This document shows, piece by piece, positions 36,053 to 49,665 of a stretch of DNA of 64,000 nucleotides. The translations under genes and the position numbers were made by a program. Position 1 is the stretch's first letter. Every line of letters begins with the position of its first letter. The stretch comes from Lama glama (taxonomy: Eukaryota): assembly GCA_028534125.1 (NCBI GenBank), contig CM052816.1, positions 55,616,001 through 55,680,000 of the forward strand, in the 5' to 3' direction. The notes below the pieces were generated by a model. It saw only the letters and a program-made list of their open reading frames with translations, did no database searches and was not told the origin of the DNA.

Positions 36053-36694
36053 GCAAGCATTTACCAGAAAATTGAAATGTCTAGTTACCATAGCATTTAT
36101 TCCTCACTGTAAGTCATTAAACTGAAAGTTTTGTATGTTTATTGATAACATGCCTAAATCTCTTTTAAGCCTGGTTGGTTTGACATAATCTCTCTGTATG
36201 CGAGGTGCTGACAAACACTTGTTTCTGGATTTACAAAGCAACATTTTCATTCATAGATTGGGGGTAACTTTCCATGATCATGCCATTTATGTTAAATTCT
36301 GAATATAGCCAGTTAGCCACCTTTAACGCCTCTGTCATCATTGTGTCTTCAGCCTCCACAAGTGATAATGGTCTTACATAATCCATTAGAGGGAGTAGTT
36401 TTATCATAGTAAAGCTAAGTTCAGTATTCTTCAGATTTGATGAGTGCCTAAAATAATTTATTTTTAATTGATAGTGTATTACTAAGAGAACAGCTCTTCT
36501 ACTTGATTCTACCGTCAAGTATTTTCATTGCCATTTTACTTGACTAAACTATAATGATCAGTAAGAAGGATAGCCAGCTCTTTTTTCTTTTAAAGTAAAA
36601 TTTTTTCTCATTATTAAAACAAAAACAAAAACAAAAACCTGTTGCAATAGTTACAAAATATAAGAAAGTCATTAGTAGTTTCAACACTGAAGGA

Positions 36695-36924
36695 CTTGTA
36701 ATATTTGGTTCAATTTCTCTTTATTTCTCACTTTAAAAAAAACTTAATTTTGAAATAATTGTACATTCACGCTTGTAATATTTGGTTCAATTTCTCTTTA
36801 TTTCTCACTTTAAAAAAAACTTAGTTTTGAAATAATTGTACATTCACGCTTGTAATATTTGGTTCAATTTCTCTTTATTTCTCACTTTAAAAAAAACTTA
36901 GTTTTGAAATAATTGTACATTCAC
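36695..36924. repeat. Tandem triplication of a 77-bp unit
   Basis: Units start at 36695, 36772 and 36849 and are nearly identical. Confidence 0.95.
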
Positions 36925-37550
36925 AGGAACTTGCAAAAACAGAACACAGGGATTCCATTTTATCCTTCATTGGGTTTCCCTCTGTGGTAAGACCCTACAT
37001 GGCAGTAGTGCAATACCGAAACCAGGAAATGGACATTGGTACAACCCACAGACCTTACTCAAAGTTTACCTGTTTTACCTATTCTCATGTGTATATGTGT
37101 GTGTTTCTGTGCAGTTTTATCATTTGTGCAGATCTTTATAACCACCATTGCTTTCACAGTACAGAACTGTTTCATTACTGTCACCCTCATGCTGCCTCTT
37201 TATAGTCATACCCACCTCTCTTCTCTCCCTCCTTTCTAATCCCTAACCCCTGGCAACCATTAATCTGTTCTTCACTTCTCTATAACTTTATCAGTTTGAA
37301 AATTTAAGTAAATGAAATTGTACAGTGTATTGCCCTTTGAGATTGGCTTTTTCACTGAGCATGATTTCCTTGAGATTCACTAATTTATTGATTATATCAA
37401 TAGTTTGTTCCTATTAATATTACATGTGTCTACTGTAGTTTGTTGAATCATTCACCAGTTGTAGGGCTTTTGGGTTGTTTCTAATTTGGGCTCTTACAAA
37501 TAAAGCTGTTACGAACATTTGTGTGTGTTTGTGTGGACATTAGTTTCCTG
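36890..37550 (-). mobile_element. Old L1M 3' end
   Basis: TTTTGAAATAATTGTACATTCACAGGAACTTGCAAAA and CCCTGGCAACCATTAATCTGTTC. Confidence 0.75.
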
Positions 37551-37889
37551 AATTTTATTCTTCCCATTCAAGAAACAAATATTTGTCTAACTCAAATCAC
37601 TGTTCTAGGGCTTGGAATATACTGGTGAACAAAACAGGGTTTCTAGTCTCTTGGGGCTTACAGTCCAGTGGTTTAGACAGTCTTTAATCACATATGCTTG
37701 TATAGCTACAGACTGAAGTGCTATTGAGGCAGCATCATGCTTGGGATCACATTGTGAATATACTTCTGTAACCTCTTTATTTTCTTTACACATTTTTGAG
37801 TTGTTCTAATTCGATTTCCAAACTTTGGAAATACTGTTTTTAAGTGAATGTATAATGAATTGAAAATTTGCTGTTTTTTCGGATTGCTT

Positions 37890-38785
37890 ATTGTGTCAGT
37901 GGTCCACTCAGAGAACCAGAAACCCTTGTAGGTATTTCAGCAGAAAGTTTTTAATATAGGAAATCATTAGGGAAAAACTAAAAGAATAAAAGAAAAACCT
38001 TAAAGTAATACAGAGGTGGTAACTGTAAGAACTAGCTTCTACTCCTTGGACTAGAGGAACAAAGGAACAGGGTTGGGGTTTTTAGAACCTAGAAGTTGCA
38101 GGGAGGATCCTGCAGAGTTGGGACGTGGACTTCTGAAGAAAAAGCAATGCTCACTGGTACTGGTACCAGTATTGCAGGAGCCTCCAGGAACTGAGGCTTA
38201 AACATTTGAATTGAAAGGACTGCTTGGCTAGTGAGTACTTCTAGAATCAGAGAAATGAACCCTTAAGTGCTGAGGCTCAGACTTCTGGAGAGGGACACTG
38301 TTCATCTGCTGTCTTAAAAACTTAGAGGAAATGCCTTGTGCAGCTGGGTCTCAGACATCTAGAAGTATAACCAGTGTAGTTGGTAGTAATGTCTTAGTAG
38401 TTTGAGGGTGAGTGTTACAGAGCTACACTTCACATATCTAAGAAGTGGCCCTTGCACAGTTGGTACTGGTACCTCTGAGGAAGCTAGGTGAGATTGGTTC
38501 AGGGAGTTCTAAAAAGAGACTGGAGACTGGAACTGGCTGCCACTACCAGGACTGAGGACCTTTGCTTGGCAGATGCTGATGGGAAACAGTAGACAAACAA
38601 AATCAACAAATTTCTTCTACCTTCTTCCTGGCTTCCAGTCTCCATTTACCATGTTGCCTATATTGGGAGAACCTAACAAAGGAGGCTAGGAGAGGAGAAA
38701 TGTAGTTTGCAGCATCCCAGTCCAGTAGCACGGAACAGTATAGAAGGGTGGATTTAAAAGAGCAATAGACTAGTAAGTAGCATGC
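37890..38785. mobile_element. Ancient LTR-like element
   Basis: Starts TGTGTCAG, has internal degenerate repeats, and has an LTR78-like end (AAGGGTGGATTT...). Confidence 0.4.
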
Positions 38786-38824
38786 TCTATCAAAATCCCC
38801 TCTGCTTTTGAAGAATTCCCTACT

Positions 38825-39257
38825 ATGAGTCAGAGTATGTTTCCCACATGAGTCTGCAAAAGCCTGATACTCAATTTCCCCTCCCACCCCAGTATCTCTT
38901 CACCCCAACAACTCCCCTTAGTAATGTGGACATACAAATTAGGCCTACCCTGCCCTGCCCCAGCCCTTCCTTGTCTCCTCTTAGCTCTACCTTGATTGTG
39001 GAGTAAGACTGTATAGAGAGGCAGAAACAAAAGTTTTTCTTCCAATAATGCTGGCATTTCCAGCTTCCAGTCTTTGGTGGCAGCAGTGCCAGTAGTGGTT
39101 CACAAGGTCCTAAAGAGGAAACAGCGCTGTCTATATAACTGGCACCCAAGGTGCAGTCTCAGTTGGGACTCTTGCCTACTCTCCCCTGGTTCCTCATTTG
39201 TTCATATATCTTATCAATATGATTTGCTTGATACCTTCTAAATAAATTCCTTTTCTT
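38825..39257 (+). mobile_element. ERVL-type LTR, 5' part; split by the L1 and resuming at about 46191-46250
   Basis: AATAAATTCCTTTTCTT joins AAGTGAGCAAGAATCAGTTTTTGTTGCTT to form a typical LTR16/33-like 3' end. Confidence 0.55.
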
Positions 39258-42200
39258 TTTTTTTTTTGTTACTGAAGCATAGTTGAATTACAATGTTGTG
39301 TTAGTTTCTAGTGTACAGCATAGTGATTCAGTTATATATACATTTTCATGTTCTTTTTCATGATAGGTTATTACAAGGTACTGAATATAGTTCCCTGTGC
39401 TGTACAGTAGGATCTTGTTGTTTATCTATTTTACATATAGTAGTTTGTATCTGCTAATCCCAAACTCCTAATTTATGCCTCCCCTCTCCCCTTTGGTAAT
39501 TATAAGTTTGTCTTCTATATGAGTCTGTTTCTGTTTTGTAAATAAGTTCATTTCTATCATTTTTTAGATTCCACATGTAAGTGATATCATATAGTATTTT
39601 TCTTTCTTTATCTGACTTACTTCACTTAGTATGATAATCTCTAGGTCCATCCATGTTGTCACAAATGACATTACTTCATTCTTTTTATGGCTGAATAGTA
39701 TTCCATTGTATGTATATACATCACTTCTTTATCTGTTGTCAACAAGACATTTAAGTTGCTTCCATGTCTTGGCTATTGTAAATAGTGCTGCTATGAACAC
39801 TGGGGTGCATGTATCTTTTCAAGTTAAAGTTTTTTCCAGATAAATACCCAGGAGTGGGATTGCTGGATCATATGGTAACTCTATTTTAGTTTTTTAATGA
39901 ACCTCCATATTGTTTTCTATTGTTTGCACCAAATTACATTCCTGCCAACAGTGTAGAAGAGTTCCCTTTTTTCCCCACCTTCTCCAGCATTTATTGTTTG
40001 TAGGTTTTCTAATGATGGCCATTCTGATCAGTGTGACGTGATAACTCATTGTAGTTTTGATTTGCATTTATTTGATAATTAGTGATGCTGAGTTTCTTTT
40101 CATGTGCCTCTTAGCCATCTATATGTCTTTAGAGAAATGTCTTTAGATCTTCTGCCCATTTTTTGATTGGGTGTTGGTTTTTTTGTTATTGAGTTATGTG
40201 AGTTGTTTGTATATTCTGGAAATAAGGCCTTTGTTAGTCACATCCTTTGCAAATATTTTCTCCTTTTTTGTAGGTTGTTGTTTTGCTTTGCTTATGTTTT
40301 CCCTTGCCGTGCAAAAGATTTTAAGTTTAATTAGGTCCCATTTGTTTATTTTTGCTTTTATTTCTTTTGCTTTGAGAGATTAAGCTAGGAAAACATTGCT
40401 GTGATTTATGTCAGAATGTTTTGCCTATGTTTGCCTGGGATTTGTGGTGTCCTATCTTATGTTTAAATCTTTAAGCCATTTGAGTTTTTTTGTGTGTGTA
40501 TGGTGTGTGTGAGGGAGTGTTCCAACTTCATTGATTTGACATGCAGCTGTCCAGCTTTCTCAACACCACTTGCTGAATAGACTGTCTTTTCTCCATTGTG
40601 TATTAGTGCCTCGTTTGTCAAAGATTGACTGTAGGCTTGTGGGTTTATTTCTGGGCTCTTTAATCTGTTCCATTGGTACATATGTCTGTTTTTGTGCCAA
40701 TAACATGCTGTTTTGATTACTGTAGATCTGTAGTATTACCTGAAGTCTGGGAGAGTTATTTCTCCAGCTTTGTTCTTTTTCTTCAGTATTGCTTTGGCAA
40801 TTCTGGGTCTTTCATGATTCCATATAAATTTTGGGATTATTTGTTTTAGTTTTGTGGAAAATGTCATGGGTAATTTGATAGTGATCGCATTAAATCTGTA
40901 AATTGCTTTGGTTAGTATGGCCATTTTAATATTGATTCTTCAAATCCAGGAACATGGACTATCTTTCCATTTCCTTAAATCATCTTCAATTTCCTTTATC
41001 AGTGTCTTATAGTTCTCAGCATATAAATCTTTCACCTCCTCCATCAGGTTTATTCCTTAGTATTTTTTAATGAGATTTTAAATGGGATTTTTTTTTTACT
41101 GTTCTTTCCTGATATTTCATTGTTAATGCAACAGATTTCTTTATGTTAATCTTGTATCCTGCTACCTTGTTGAAGTAGTTTATCAGTTCTAGTAGTTATT
41201 GTGTGGAGTCTTTAGGGTTTTCTATACATAGTATCATGTCCTATGCAGATAGTGAAAGTTTTACCTCTTCCCTTCCAGTTTGAATCCCTTTTATTTCTCT
41301 TCCTTGTCTGATTGCCATGGCTAGGACTTTCAGTACTATGTTGAACAGAAGTGGTGAGAGAGGGTGTCCTTGTCTTGTTCCAGATTTTAGCAGGCTAGAA
41401 GGTTTTCAACTTTTGATCATTGAGCATTATGTTGGCTGTGGGTTTGTCATAAATGCATTTTATTATGTTGAGATATGTTCCCTGTATACTCAGTTTGGTA
41501 AGTTTTTATCATGGATGAATGTTGAATTTTATTGAATACTTTTTCTGCATCTATTGAGATGATCATGTGTTTTTTGTCCTTTATTTTGTTGATGTGGTGC
41601 ATCACATTGATTGATTTGCGTTCATTGAACCATCCTTGTAACCTTGGGATCCATCCAACTTGATTGTGGTGTATGATCTTCTTTATGTGTAGTTTGGCTT
41701 GGTTTGCTAATATTTTGTTGAGAATTTTTGCATCTATATTAATCAAAGATATTGCCCTGTAATTTTCTTTCTCGGTAGTGTCTGTCTGGTTTTGGTATCA
41801 GGGTGATTGTGGGTGGCTTCATAGAATGAGTTTCAGAGTTCCCGCCTCTTCAGTCTTTTGGAAGAGTTTGACAAAGATTGGTATGAGTTCTACTTTGTAT
41901 GTTTGTTTGAATTCCCCAGTGAAGCCATCTAATCCTGGACTTTTGTTGCAGGGAGTTTTGGTTTTTTGTTTTGTTTTTTTAAATTACAGATTCTGTTTCA
42001 CTTCTAGTGATTGGTCTTTTCAAATTATCTTTTTCTTCTTGCTTCAGTTTTAGTGGACTTTATATTTCTAAAAGCTTGTCCATTCTGGGTTGTCCAGTTT
42101 GTTGGCATGTAATTGTTGATGGTATTCTGTTAATGGTTTTTTTTTCTGTATCTGTGGTATCAGTTGTTATTTCTCTTTCTTTCTTATTTTGTTTATTTGG

Positions 42201-45200
42201 GTCCTCTCTTTGGTGAGGCCAGAGATTTGTCAATTTTGTTCACCCTTTCAGAAAACCAGCTCTTGGTTTTATTGATTTTTTTTCTTTTAATCTCTATTTT
42301 ATTTATTTCCCTCTGATCTTTATTATAATTTTTTTGACCTGCTGACTTTAGGTTTTGTTTGTTCTTCTTTTTCTAATTCTTTTAGGTGGTAGGTTAGGTT
42401 GTTTATTTGAGATTTTTCTTGTTTTTTGAGGAAGGCCTGTGTTGTTTTGAACTTCCCTCTTAGGACTGCTTTTGCTGTATCCCATAGATTTTGTGTAGTT
42501 GTGTTTTCATTGTCATTTTTCTCGAGATATTTCTTAATTTCCTGTTTAATTTCATCATTGACCCATTGGCTTTTTAGTAGCGTGTTGTTTAGTCTCCATA
42601 CAGTTAGTTTTTTTCTCATTTGTCTTTCTGTGGTTGATTTCTAGTTTCATGCTGTTGTGGTCAGAAAAGATGTGTGAAATAATTTCTATATTTTTATATT
42701 TGTTAAGGTTCTTTTTGTGTCCTAGTATACAGTCTATCTTTGAGGATGTTTCATGTTCATTCACTTGAAAAGAATATATATTCTAGGTTTTTTGGGATGT
42801 AATGTCCTAAAAATATCAATTACATCTAACTTTTATTGTGTCATTTAGGATCTTCATTGTCTTGATTTTCTGTCTGGAAGAACTGTCCATTGGTGTTAGT
42901 GGGATGTTAAAGTCTCCGACTATTGTTGTATTTCCATCAGTGTCTCCCTTTATTTCTGTTACTATTTGTTTTATATATTTAGATGCTCCTGTATCGGGTA
43001 CATATATGTTAATGAGTGCAATATCATCTTCTTGCATTGATCCTTTTATAATTATATAGTGTCCTTTATTTTCCTTTATGACCTTTATTTTAAAGTCCAT
43101 TTTGTCTAATATGAATATTGCTATCCCTGCTTTGTTGTCATTTCCATTTGCATGAAGTATCTTTCCATTCCCTCACTTTCAATCCTTTGGCCTAAAGTGG
43201 GTCTCTCTCTTGTAGGCAGCATATTGTAGGCTCTTGTTTTATTATCCAGTCTGTCACTCTGTTTTTTGATTGGAGCATTTAGCCCATTGACATTTAAAGT
43301 ATTTATTGATATGTATTTATTGCCATTTTAAACCTTGCTTTCCAGTTGATTTTGAATTTTCTTCTTTGTTCCTTTCTTTTTGTTTTTTCTTTTGTGTTTT
43401 GATGATTTTCTTTTGTATTATGCTTGAGTTCTCTTTTTGTGTTTTTCTGAATCTGATGTATGTTTTTGATTTCTGGTTACCCTGTTTTTTAAATATGTTA
43501 ACCCATTAGGATATCTGCTTGCTTTAGACTGGTAATCATATAGGCTCAAACACATTCTAAAAAAACCCACAAAAATCTACATTTTCTTACTCTCCTCCCC
43601 CACATTTTATGATTTTAATGTCCTCTTTTACATTTTCATTTTTATTCTTTTGCTGTTCATTGTGGTTATCATCACATCTCCAGTTGTGATTTTCTCTTTT
43701 CTGTAGACTCTTGCTTCTTTTCTGTTTAGAGAAGACCTTTCAATATTTCTTTTAGGATAGGTTTAGTATTGCTGTGTTCTTTTAATTTTTGCTTGTCTGA
43801 GAAATTCTTTATCTCTCCTATTCTAAATGATAATCTTTCTGGGTAGAGTATCTTGGGATGCAGGTTTTCCCCTTTCAGGACTTTGAAAATATCTTTCTAC
43901 TCCTTTCTGGCCTTCAACATTTATGTAGAGAAATCAGCTGATAGCCTTATGGAGGTTCCCTTGTAATTAACTCTGTGTTTTTCTCTTGCTGCCTTTAGAA
44001 TCCTCTTTTTATCTTTACCCTGTGCCATTTTAATTATAATATGTCTTACTGTAAGTCTGTTTGGCATCATCTTGTTTGGGACCCTCTGTGCTTCCTATAC
44101 CTGAATAGCTGTTCCATTCTTTAGGTTTGGAAAGTTTTCAGCTATAATTTCTTCAAATACATTTTTGGTCCCCCTTTTCCTTTCTTCCCCTTCTTGGGTC
44201 CCTATGTATGCATAGATTGTCATGTTTTATATTATCCCATAGATCTCTTATATTGCTCCCCCCCCCCCGTTTTTATTTATGCCTGCTGTTCTGATTGGGT
44301 GATTTCCATTATTCTGGCTTCCAGATCACTTATTCATTCTTCTGCATTATTTAGTTTGCTATTTATTGCCTTTAACTCAGCTTTCATCTTTGGCAAATGA
44401 GTTTTCTAATTTTAATTGGCTCCTCTTCATAGTTTCTAGTTCTTTGTTACAGTGATCTGAATTTCTATTGATAGGCTGTCTTAATTCCTTCAGTACTTTT
44501 ATTATCTCCTTTTGGAACTTCAAATCTAGTAGACCAAAGAGGTCTGTTTCATTATTTCTTTCAGGGATTTCTGTTGTTCTTTTAATTGGGAGTGGCTCCT
44601 GTGTTTCTTTATTTTACTTATATTTCTCTGACTCTATGCATTTAGGAGCAACAGTTATCTACTGTGGTCTTGAAGGGCTGTTTTTAGGTGGAAGCGTCTC
44701 TATGTAGTCTGTGTGAGTCTAATGTCTTTGTTGTAAGAGCTGTTTTTAATGTGGATGTCTGCCATGTCTTTGTGTATGCTGGCTTTTATTCTTTTGACAG
44801 GGGATGTGATTCTTGTGGTGCCCAGAGCTTGCACTGGATATTGAATGAGGCCTCCTGTTTTCTCTGTGCTTGTCACATCTCTGTCTGGGCCGGTTATGCT
44901 CCCCAGTTATTTGAGTAGAAGCCCTCAGATCCATTTCTGAGCTGTGGTGTGAGGTCGGCAGGACTAGAACACTTCTGCTGGGAGAGGAGGCAGGGAGTAT
45001 TCCTTTAAAAGACCTGTCCACTGGGAAGTGCACTCTGTGATGTCACCTGTCATCTGTTGTACGGGCTCACAAGGTACATGTTGGCACTGCCCTTTGTCCT
45101 GCCTCAGCTGTGGGGATGCTGGCAATCTTCCAGGATATCTGTATCTCTCAGTGCTGTGTTCACCAAGTTCCCAGGGTAGATCTGCTGAAGTCGGGCACCA

Positions 45201-46190
45201 GGACTCACCATAGTCTCAGGTAGTTATTCCCCTGGACCCACTGTGGGTGCTGAGAGTCAGCCCCAACCCCATCCCAGCTTCCGTGCATGCCCACAAACCC
45301 ACAGCTGCAAATGCCTGACCTGCCCCAATCACGCACCAGTAGTCTGCTCAGATGTCACATAGGTGCTGATCTTACAAAGCACCAGCAGTGGTGTAAATCT
45401 GCCCAAGTAACCTGGAACACAGTTCAGATTTCAGCTCTGCTTCTGAAGTCATGTGGTCTCTAGGAATGGGCTCATATTTTAGCTCTGCCTGTGCTTGGGT
45501 ACAGCCCTCCCAGAGCTTAGAGAGGCAAAGCCATGCCAGCTGTGAGCCCTCAGAGAAGGAGGCTGCTGTGGTGGAGTGCTGCCCCTCCCTTCTCCTGTGT
45601 TAACAATGGGGCTTTTCTGGTGGGCCTGGGCTCTGTTGTATACAATCCCAGTTGCAGCTGGTATCTCCATCCCTTCAGGCTGTCTCTGTGCAACTAACCT
45701 CAGTCCTCTCCCAGGCCTCTCCTCTGAAATCCGAGTTTCAGCACCCAGTCCCTGCACCCACCCGCAGACGCGTGTCTCAGGGTCGAGAGTGCAACGAGGT
45801 GGCGTGGATCATCTGTGCTGGTCTTTCTTTGTTCTGCCTGCCCAAAACAGCTATTGTGCTCTCCTTTAAGCCTCTGAAGCTCCTTATCTGTCCTGGCCTG
45901 TCTTGCCACTGGTGAAGGGGCTTCCTAGGATGAGAGAAACTTTTCTCTTTCACAGCTCCCTCCCACAGGCGCAGGTCCCATCCCAGTTCTTCCTTCCCCT
46001 CTCCTCCCCTTTCCTTCACTTTACCCAGTTACATGGTGGTCTTTCATTTAGTTTTCATTGTATGAGACCTTCTGCCAGAGTTCAGTAGGCGTTCTTTGAG
46101 AGTTGTTCCACATATAGATGTATTTTTGATGTATTTGTGCAAGGAGGTGAGCTCCATATCCTTCTGTTCTGCTATCTTGATCTGTGACCC
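39258..46190 (-). mobile_element. Near full-length (~6.9 kb) decayed L1, antisense to CERT1
   Basis: 5' end GGGTCACAGATCAAGATAGCAGAA, a GC-richer 5' UTR and an ORF1 region. Endonuclease (IVGDFNIPL, FSDHNSMKLEIN), RT ([23 protein letters not shown]) and C-terminal motifs occur in broken frames. Poly-T marks the left end. Confidence 0.95.
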
Positions 46191-46299
46191 TTTTTTTCTT
46201 AAGTGAGCAAGAATCAGTTTTTGTTGCTTATAAATTAGAGCATTGACTATTTATTTGTCGCAAAGAGTTGCTCTGCTCAAATAATTTAAAGTCTTTGAC

Positions 46300-49200
46300 T
46301 TTCATCATTGTTGGGCAGGATATTTGGCAATGAGTAGGATAAAGGTCAAATCTTCATTATAGTGGTGGCACTGAGTGGCTAAAACTTCAACAGAAAAACT
46401 AGCCAGTGCCTTTTACCAGCAGAACCTGGGAAGGTACCTCACAACCAGGACTGCTGGAGAGTAAAGGAATCCCTAAGTGTCAGCTGAGTCACTGCCATAA
46501 TGGCAGAGACTTGGGGAGCTGAAACTCCTTTAAAGAAACCTACCATCTTTTCAGCTATAGGAACTTGAAGGGGCCCAGTTAATGGATTTGTACCTGATCC
46601 CTCAACTGCGTTTGTGTAGCCTAGACCGAAAGCTTTCTGAACTGAGATTGTAGTTGCTGCCCATTAAACATATGATAGAATTGGCAATTTGAGTCTAAGT
46701 CAAAAAATGCCTGCTAAAACAGAAACAATATTTTTCAGAGCAATATAACGGAATCCAGAGTTCACAACCTAACATTCACAATGTCCAGAATCAACCCCAA
46801 ATTACTCAACATACAAAAATGCCAGGAAATTGCAACACATTCTCAACGGGAAAGACATGAACAAATGCAAAAGTTATAGATGAACCAGATGTGGGAGTTA
46901 TCTGACAGAGATTTTAAAGTAGCTTTTATTATTATTTGATGTAAAAGAAAATACGTTTATAATGAATTCAAAGGTAGGCAGTTTCAGCAGACACAAAATA
47001 TATAGAAGAACCAATGGGACTTTTAGAACTAAAAAGAATGACATCTGAAATAAAAATCATTTACTGCATAGGATTTATAGGAGATAAAGATGACAGAAAA
47101 TGAGGGTTCTGAATTTAGTTCAAAAGAAGTCATTCTTACTAACAGGTTTTTAGGTTTTTGTGTTTGTTTTTGAGTGAACAGAACCTTAGGGATCTCTAGG
47201 GCAATTTAAAATTAAATGGGTTTTATGAGTCTCGAGGAGGGAGAAAAGATTAAAAAAAAACATTTGAAGAAATAGTAAAAACTTACCAAATTTGGTGAAA
47301 ATATAAATTTATAGATTCAAGAAACTTAAACATCAAACAAAATAGTCATAGTAATCAGAGTCAACCTGCTTAAAACCACAGATAAAAGATTTTACAAGTA
47401 GCCAGAGAGAAATAACTCATATTGGGAGAGAGTGATTCAAATTACCATACACTTCTCATTAGAAACTGTAGAGGTTAGAAGACATAATGTGGTGAATGAA
47501 AAAAATCTTTCAGTTTAGAATTCTATATTCAATGCAAATATCCTTTAAAAATGAAGTGAAATAAAGATGTTTTCAGATAAAGGAAAACTAAGAGAAGTTG
47601 TGGGCAGACCTACATTACAAGAAATGACAAAGGACATTTTTCATAATGAAAGGAAATAATGCCAGAGGCAAACTCAGATCTTTAGGAACTAATAGAGGGC
47701 ATCAGGAAAAGTAAATCTATGGGGAAATATAGGAGTCTATTTTTTTCCCCTCTTAATGCCTTTAAGATACAAAAAATGTGAACAAACCAGTGTCTAAAAA
47801 ACTGAATTTTTTAATTTCCCCTCCAGCCAAGAAAGCTCACTCACATAATTTCACCAGTTTATTTTTTTCATACATTCAAAGAAATAATCCCAATCTGATA
47901 CAAACTCTTCACAACACATGTTAATGTGGGTAGCATAACTGTGACGCTTCAGCCTGTCAGATACCACAGGAATATAAAATTACAGCTCTATCTCTAGTGG
48001 ACATAAATACTGTATTCCTTTATAAGATATTAGCAAATCAAGCCAATAGTATATAAAAAGGACCAAGGATAGAGTTTATCTCAGGAATGCAAGGTTAATT
48101 TAATGTTATTAAATCAGTCATTTTAATTCACCATATTAACAAACTAAAAACAAAAATCCATAAAAAGTTTCAATAGAGGCAGACAGACACACCAGAAAAA
48201 GAAATGTTTGACAAAATTCAATACTTCTTTACACTGAAAATAAAAATTCTTAGGCAACTAGAAATAGACATTAACCTAATGAAGAGCATCCACAAAAACC
48301 CACAGCTGACATCATGCTTAATGGGGAAATATTTTATGCCTTCCCGCTAAGGTTAGGGACAGGGTAAAGGAGTCTGCCCTTACTGCTTCAGTCTAACATT
48401 GTGTTGGACATTTAATCGTTTCAATAAAGCAATTTTAAAAAGATATAAAGATCAGAAAGGCAGAAGTAAAACTGTTTGCAGTTTACATTATTATTCTATA
48501 GATTCCTTCAGATTTATTAGAACAGCTTTTAGAACTACTAAGTGAATTTTGCGAGATTGTAGAGTATAAAGTTAATATACAGTTATGAAATGTAGTATCG
48601 TGTGCTATACGCAAACTGAATTTTTAAAACAATTACATGTACAATAACATAAAAAATACTTTAGGAATCATTCTAACATTGTATACAATTATACTTGTAT
48701 TACAAATAAGTACACTGTAAACTACGAACTAATAATTGGATAGATATTATGTCCATGGATTAGAAGGCTCAGCACTGTAAAGATATCACTTCTTCCAATA
48801 TTGATCTATAGAAAATCTAAGATATTAATGCAGTTGGTACTAAAATTTTTCTAGAAATACATATTATGTAATGCAAACTATCTAGACCAGCCGAAACTAT
48901 TTTTAAAAAGGAGAGAATAGTTTGAAGACTAAACACTTTATGATTTCAAGACTTCCTATTAAGCAACAATAATTAAAGCAGTGTTATTGGAGTAAGGTAG
49001 ACATTTAGATCATGGAATGAAATAAGAGTCCGTAAGTAAACCAAGCAAAGATGTGGAGTAACTAGACTTTGATAGACTGCTGGTGAGACTGTAAAACATT
49101 GCACCTACTTTTCCCATTTCCTTAGACTTAAATGTATACCTACTTTATGAGTCAGCCAGCCTGTTCCTAGGTCAGCAAAAGTTAAAATTTATGCCCGTAC

Positions 49201-49665
49201 AAAAACATGAATTGTCACCAAAAAAAATGTGTTCGGAATAGCCAAAACCAGTAAACAATTGTGTATCAGCAGGTGGATGAGTAAAATGTTATATCCAGCA
49301 TAATTAAACTCTACTCAGCAATAAAAGAAATGAATTAATTGATAAGACACAGCAACATGGATAAATCTCAAAATTGTTATATACTGAATAAAAACAGTAT
49401 ATACTATCTGATTCCATTTATATAAATTTATAAAAAATGAAAACTAATATAGTGAAAGCAGATCCTTGGTTTCTGGAAACTGGTGATAGAGGAAGAGATG
49501 TTCATGCAGACAAGCATGGGGTTATGGAAATCAATACATTTCCATCTTGACTGTGGCAGTGACTTAATGACTCATGTACAAGTAAAAAAACCCCACTGAA
49601 TTGTACGCTTAAAATAGGTAAAGTTTATTGTACATTAATTACATGTCAATAAAATTTATCAAAAA
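46300..49665 (+). mobile_element. Ancient L1M (degenerate ORF1, ORF2, 3' UTR)
   Basis: CAGGAATGCAAGGTT, TTTGACAAAATTCAATAC and ATGGATAAATCTCAAAA, with a terminal AATAAA. Confidence 0.75.

Noticed and set aside
36695..36924. CRISPR-like array
   Set aside because: The repeats are head-to-tail with no unique spacers, the context is eukaryotic, and there are no cas genes.
40463..43100. Active reverse transcriptase or novel RT system
   Set aside because: These are fragmented L1 ORF2 pieces with many frameshifts and stops.
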